This document shows, piece after piece, positions 21,602-24,702 of a stretch of DNA of 24,702 bases (position 1 is the stretch's first letter; each line of letters opens with the position of its first letter). Position numbers and translations under genes: made by a program. Below the pieces are notes generated by a model. That model was given only the letters and a program-made list of their open reading frames with translations. It searched no databases and was not told the origin of the DNA. Location: the IMG/VR virus record IMGVR_UViG_3300027744_002036, positions 1 through 24,702 of that record. One strand, 5' to 3'. Origin of the DNA: a virus (lineage: Duplodnaviria > Caudoviricetes).

Positions 21602-23158
21602 TTAGAGTTCTATGTCTGATTCGAGCAATTGGAATTCAACAAGAGATTTCATAAACTCTCCGTCGACTTCGTCTGCTGTCTTTTTCTCTGGCGCTGAAGT
21701 TCCGGCGACCCAAGATGCTGGAATCATTTCATCCATTTCTAAGTCTCGAGCCCTCTTCATGATGTGTCGTTTTGCCGCATCTTTATCTTTAGCGCGACCA
21801 AAGGCAGCAATTGCATTCTTGAGGTCACCGTGTGATGCTATTGGATAAGAACCATCAGGAAGGGCTGAGCCCGCTTCTGCCATGGCCATTCTCTTTTCGT
21901 CGGAGAATGCTCTCTTAAGGGCGATTTCTGCAGCTTCTGCTTCAATCTCTTCTGCCTCTTCCGGCTCGTACTTGTCGTAACCGAGAATTTCTCCGTCGAG
22001 AGCAACAAACACGTCGTATGATTTGCCATCAAATCCGTCAATCTCTACGGCGTAAGCATCAAATCCCTCGAAGGTGTCAGGCTCAACTGCAACAACGTGA
22101 CCATCAATTGACTTGACGGCAATGTCGGCTGCTTCGGAGAAGTCAATAAGAACCAATTCGTCCACTACGGACTTTTGTTCAAACTTCTCTCCATCCAATT
22201 TGTGCCAACCCATTACCTCGGATGTGGTTCCGTCTACGAAAATCTCAACCGAATCTCCATCTTTGGTCTGAACATCCACAACGAACAAATCTGACGATGG
22301 TGAATAACCTGAATCGATTACTTTTCCGTCAAACATTTCTTCGGCAAGTCCTTCAATATGAAGCAAGCCTGGGAGGCCTTTTTCCGCGATGCAACCACCA
22401 GGGCAGTCTGCACATACTGACGAACCACCAGGAAGGGATTTTCGTTCTATGGCGCATACATAACCGTCTTCGCCAAGTTCTTTTTCGTCCATTCCCATGG
22501 ATGCAATTCTTCTTTTGCGATTTTCCTGCATTTTTGGAGACATTTCCATGTCCTCATCTTCGTCGACCATGTCTTCGTCGACCATGTCAGCAGGAACGCC
22601 CTTCTTTTTCTTCTTCTTTACAAAGGGAGCCATTTCGTCAAATTCGTGCATGCCTTTTTCTGCAGGAACTTCTTCTTCTTCTTCATCGTCTTCTTCGTCT
22701 TCTGTGGGAACTTCTTCTTCGTCCTCGTCTTCTTCGTCTTCTTCTACGGCAACAGCCTCATCGTCCTCGTCTGTATCTTCTTCTTCCGCATCCATGTCTT
22801 CGTCTTCGTCTTCGTCTCCCATTGATGCAGGGTCGGCTTTCTCTGCGTCGACTTCGTCGTCCTCGTCTTCTTCGTCATCCATTGCCGCTACTTCTGCTGG
22901 CTTCTTTTTTTTCTTTGGCATTACTTCGGCGTCGTCTGTTTCTTCCATATCAACAACACCCTCTTCTGTATCACCTTCATGAACCTTGGTGAATATGTCT
23001 GCAGGAACCATCTTGACTTCCATGGGCTTTGCGCCACATTTGCCACATACCGCAGCACCCTTTATGTAGCCGCACTCACTAGCGTCTAGGGCTTTTGCGC
23101 ACTTGAGAACCTGACCGTCGGCATCGATGCTGACAGAGACCTTATCGTCGTAGCTCAT
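21602..23158 (-). CDS. Acidic multidomain protein (518 aa): Cys clusters, Asp/Glu tract, 2x PepSY-like, DUF6582-like C-terminal domain
   Basis: GAGGAG RBS favours the ATG at 23158 over 23182; CAK..ECGY..VCGKCG; CAIER..CADCPGGC; IDFSEAADIAVKSIDGHVVAVE...YAVEIDGFDGKSYDVFV..DGEIL; ALPDGSYPI...DLKNAIAAFGR...RHIMKRA. Confidence 0.8.
   Translation of the reverse strand: MSYDDKVSVSIDADGQVLKCAKALDASECGYIKGAAVCGKCGAKPMEVKMVPADIFTKVHEGDTEEGVVDMEETDDAEVMPKKKKKPAEVAAMDDEEDEDDEVDAEKADPASMGDEDEDEDMDAEEEDTDEDDEAVAVEEDEEDEDEEEVPTEDEEDDEEEEEVPAEKGMHEFDEMAPFVKKKKKKGVPADMVDEDMVDEDEDMEMSPKMQENRKRRIASMGMDEKELGEDGYVCAIERKSLPGGSSVCADCPGGCIAEKGLPGLLHIEGLAEEMFDGKVIDSGYSPSSDLFVVDVQTKDGDSVEIFVDGTTSEVMGWHKLDGEKFEQKSVVDELVLIDFSEAADIAVKSIDGHVVAVEPDTFEGFDAYAVEIDGFDGKSYDVFVALDGEILGYDKYEPEEAEEIEAEAAEIALKRAFSDEKRMAMAEAGSALPDGSYPIASHGDLKNAIAAFGRAKDKDAAKRHIMKRARDLEMDEMIPASWVAGTSAPEKKTADEVDGEFMKSLVEFQLLESDIEL
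22550..22980 (-). repeat. Low-complexity GAA/GAC/GAG tract (poly-Asp/Glu with short poly-Lys runs)
   Basis: Repeated tcttcgtc/tcttcttc on the + strand; translation EEDEEDEDEEE, KKKKKK. Confidence 0.85.
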
Positions 23159-23242
23159 ATATTGCGGCTCCTCGTCCTTCATGTTTAATGCAAACGACCG
23201 TTATTGCCGTCTGTTTATTGAATTCTTTATTCGTAAAAGTAT

Positions 23243-23253
23243 AACCTACCATA
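23243..23253 (-). promoter_or_regulatory. Putative extended -10 promoter (TATGGTAGGTT) for the 518-aa/giant-protein operon
   Basis: TG-G-TANNNT in an AT-rich intergenic gap; shares the TATGG prefix with the three TATGGGANAAT motifs. Confidence 0.45.
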
Positions 23254-23301
23254 GAGCCCATACGGGAAGTGTTAATAATGAAACTCTATTTTTATTATCT
23301 A

Positions 23302-24702
23302 TTAACGTCTTCTTGCTAGATTATCGTGCATTCTGAGCAGAGCTCTCCATTGCGAAGGGCTCAGTTCTCCACCGTTGTCTAATTTCTGAATGAGTCCCTG
23401 CGCAAAATTGCTCCATTTTGCATTCTTTGCATAGGCAATCAATTCTTTTTGCATTCTTGGAGTTATGTTTTCTGGTGCTCCGTTATTCGGGGTGGGGCCA
23501 GCGCCACTGCTGAGTTTTGACCCTGGAATGTCTGGGGACACCATTCTCACTGGTTTGATGTCTTTTACTGGGTTATTCACTGGCAGTTTTGAGTCATTGT
23601 CGCTGCTAGGGAAAAGGTCGTCCAGGGTGAAATTCGTTCCCAGTTTTTCGTTGAGCCTGAACAGTATTTCATCTGCCTCGCTAGGTGTGTAGTAGACACC
23701 TTCGCCAACAGACCAACTGAATTTGCCCTCTTTACCGGACCTTGAGTTTCTAGTCCTCTGGTTAGATGCTTTCATATTAAGAATTTCATTCATTTGGACT
23801 TGAGTTCTTGGAGTCTTTGCTTTCTCAAGCATGTCGTCTAGGGCTACAAGGAATTTTGGCTGAGGGATGTTTGAGTCAAACCTTTTGCCGTCATCCCCAA
23901 AGGCGTCTTCGGCTCTCTTGATTATTCCGTCTTCAATAATCTTACTCATAGTCCTCTTTGGAATGCCATCTCTTCTCCATCTATAGATGGCATCAAGACC
24001 TGGCTTTTCTTTCTTTCCATCAATTTCAAGTGCCAAGATTTCGGCTATTTCCTCACGGGTTGCGTCGCTCTTACCAAGGTGGTCCAATAGGTCTTGCAGC
24101 ATGAATGTGCCTCGGGTTGTATCAACCTCTGAACGGATTCTTACCGGTGCTGTTGTTCGGCTGGTCCCAGACACGTCAAACCCAGATACTTCATCACCCC
24201 ATTCGTAAGACATTGGCACTACGGTGGTCTTGAAGTCTTCTTCTGTCATTGCGTCGAATTCTTCTCTGTTCATTTTCTTTGGATTTTTTGCGTCATCGTA
24301 GGTGTCGTACCAATACGGCGATGCGTCAAAGCCCCAGATTTTCCTCACTCCGTCCTCGGTGCTACCAGCGTCACCGCTGCCGGCGGCGGTTGTTGTTTGA
24401 AGGATTTTATGAGCAGACTCACTGTCTATTCCTGTTCCTTGTTTGCGAAGCTTTGCAACCTGTTCAACAGGTATGTCAAATGTCTTTGCCAGAACATCAT
24501 CCGGCAAAAGTTCTCCGTTTTCATCCTTGAGCAAATCCATTATTTTTTTGGATTCAACGAACCATGGAGAATCTGGCTTTCTGTTCTTGTTGTCGGAAAC
24601 GTCACCTACGACAATTCGTGATGTACTACCGATTCCCTTTGCGAGTTCGGCAATTCCGGACTCGTCAAGTGGCTTTGGCAAAATATCATTATCGGACATT
24701 CT
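23302..24702 (-). CDS. C-terminal part of a large protein (5'-truncated) with HTH-like segments and an LSSG linker
   Basis: Frame open to window edge (AGA codon precedes the listed ATG); DDVLAKTFDIPVEQVAKLRKQG and TREEIAEIL...DAIYRWRRDGIP are HTH-like; GSKLSSGA precedes a small terminal domain NFAQGL..KL..GGELSPSQW. Confidence 0.75.
   Translation of the reverse strand, partial: RMSDNDILPKPLDESGIAELAKGIGSTSRIVVGDVSDNKNRKPDSPWFVESKKIMDLLKDENGELLPDDVLAKTFDIPVEQVAKLRKQGTGIDSESAHKILQTTTAAGSGDAGSTEDGVRKIWGFDASPYWYDTYDDAKNPKKMNREEFDAMTEEDFKTTVVPMSYEWGDEVSGFDVSGTSRTTAPVRIRSEVDTTRGTFMLQDLLDHLGKSDATREEIAEILALEIDGKKEKPGLDAIYRWRRDGIPKRTMSKIIEDGIIKRAEDAFGDDGKRFDSNIPQPKFLVALDDMLEKAKTPRTQVQMNEILNMKASNQRTRNSRSGKEGKFSWSVGEGVYYTPSEADEILFRLNEKLGTNFTLDDLFPSSDNDSKLPVNNPVKDIKPVRMVSPDIPGSKLSSGAGPTPNNGAPENITPRMQKELIAYAKNAKWSNFAQGLIQKLDNGGELSPSQWRALLRMHDNLARRR

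Noticed and set aside
22222-22992. + strand 256-aa and 161-aa (poly-Ser / Leu-Arg) ORFs
   Set aside because: Antisense artefacts of the GAA/GAC acidic tract.
23183-23240. Riboswitch-like leader before the 518-aa gene
   Set aside because: Only a weak AAAC-GAC/GTC-GTTT stem, with no recognisable aptamer.
1-24702. Stop-codon reassignment, as seen in some large phages
   Set aside because: The standard code gives dense, abutting genes including a 9.6-kb ORF, and TAA, TAG and TGA all serve as stops at sensible gene ends.

Overview
A segment of a large tailed-phage (Caudoviricetes) genome, probably infecting an Actinomycetota host (inferred from an Acidimicrobiia-like ferredoxin, leaderless promoters and actinophage-type head motifs). 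The + strand arm (1-2448) holds the 3' end of a class II ribonucleotide reductase, tRNA-Arg(TCT), tRNA-Asn(GTT), a clavaminate-synthase/TauD-like oxygenase and two small ORFs. The - strand arm (2445-24702) is a head/virion region: an HK97-fold major capsid gene with a strong terminator, followed by an Asp/Asn beta-hydroxylase-like oxygenase, a multi-motif Pro-rich protein, an SNase-like nuclease, a lipoprotein/membrane pair, a HiPIP-like Cys protein and a ferredoxin. Upstream of the capsid gene lie about 17 kb of mostly tightly coupled genes with no visible portal, terminase or protease. They centre on a 3217-aa polyvalent protein (zincin, degenerate ART, two ParB/Srx, RelA/SpoT-like synthetase, GNAT, unknown module, DUF3626-like). 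Several of its modules are delimited by recurring LSSG linkers, two of which are near-identical DNA repeats. A 673-aa neighbour shares an RCPxG...FTD...C tag and carries apparent pseudo-JAB and pseudo-HipA domains. The best candidate for a new system is this capsid-linked, cassette-shuffled effector/pseudoenzyme cargo locus. All domain calls come from motif recognition by eye, not database searches.
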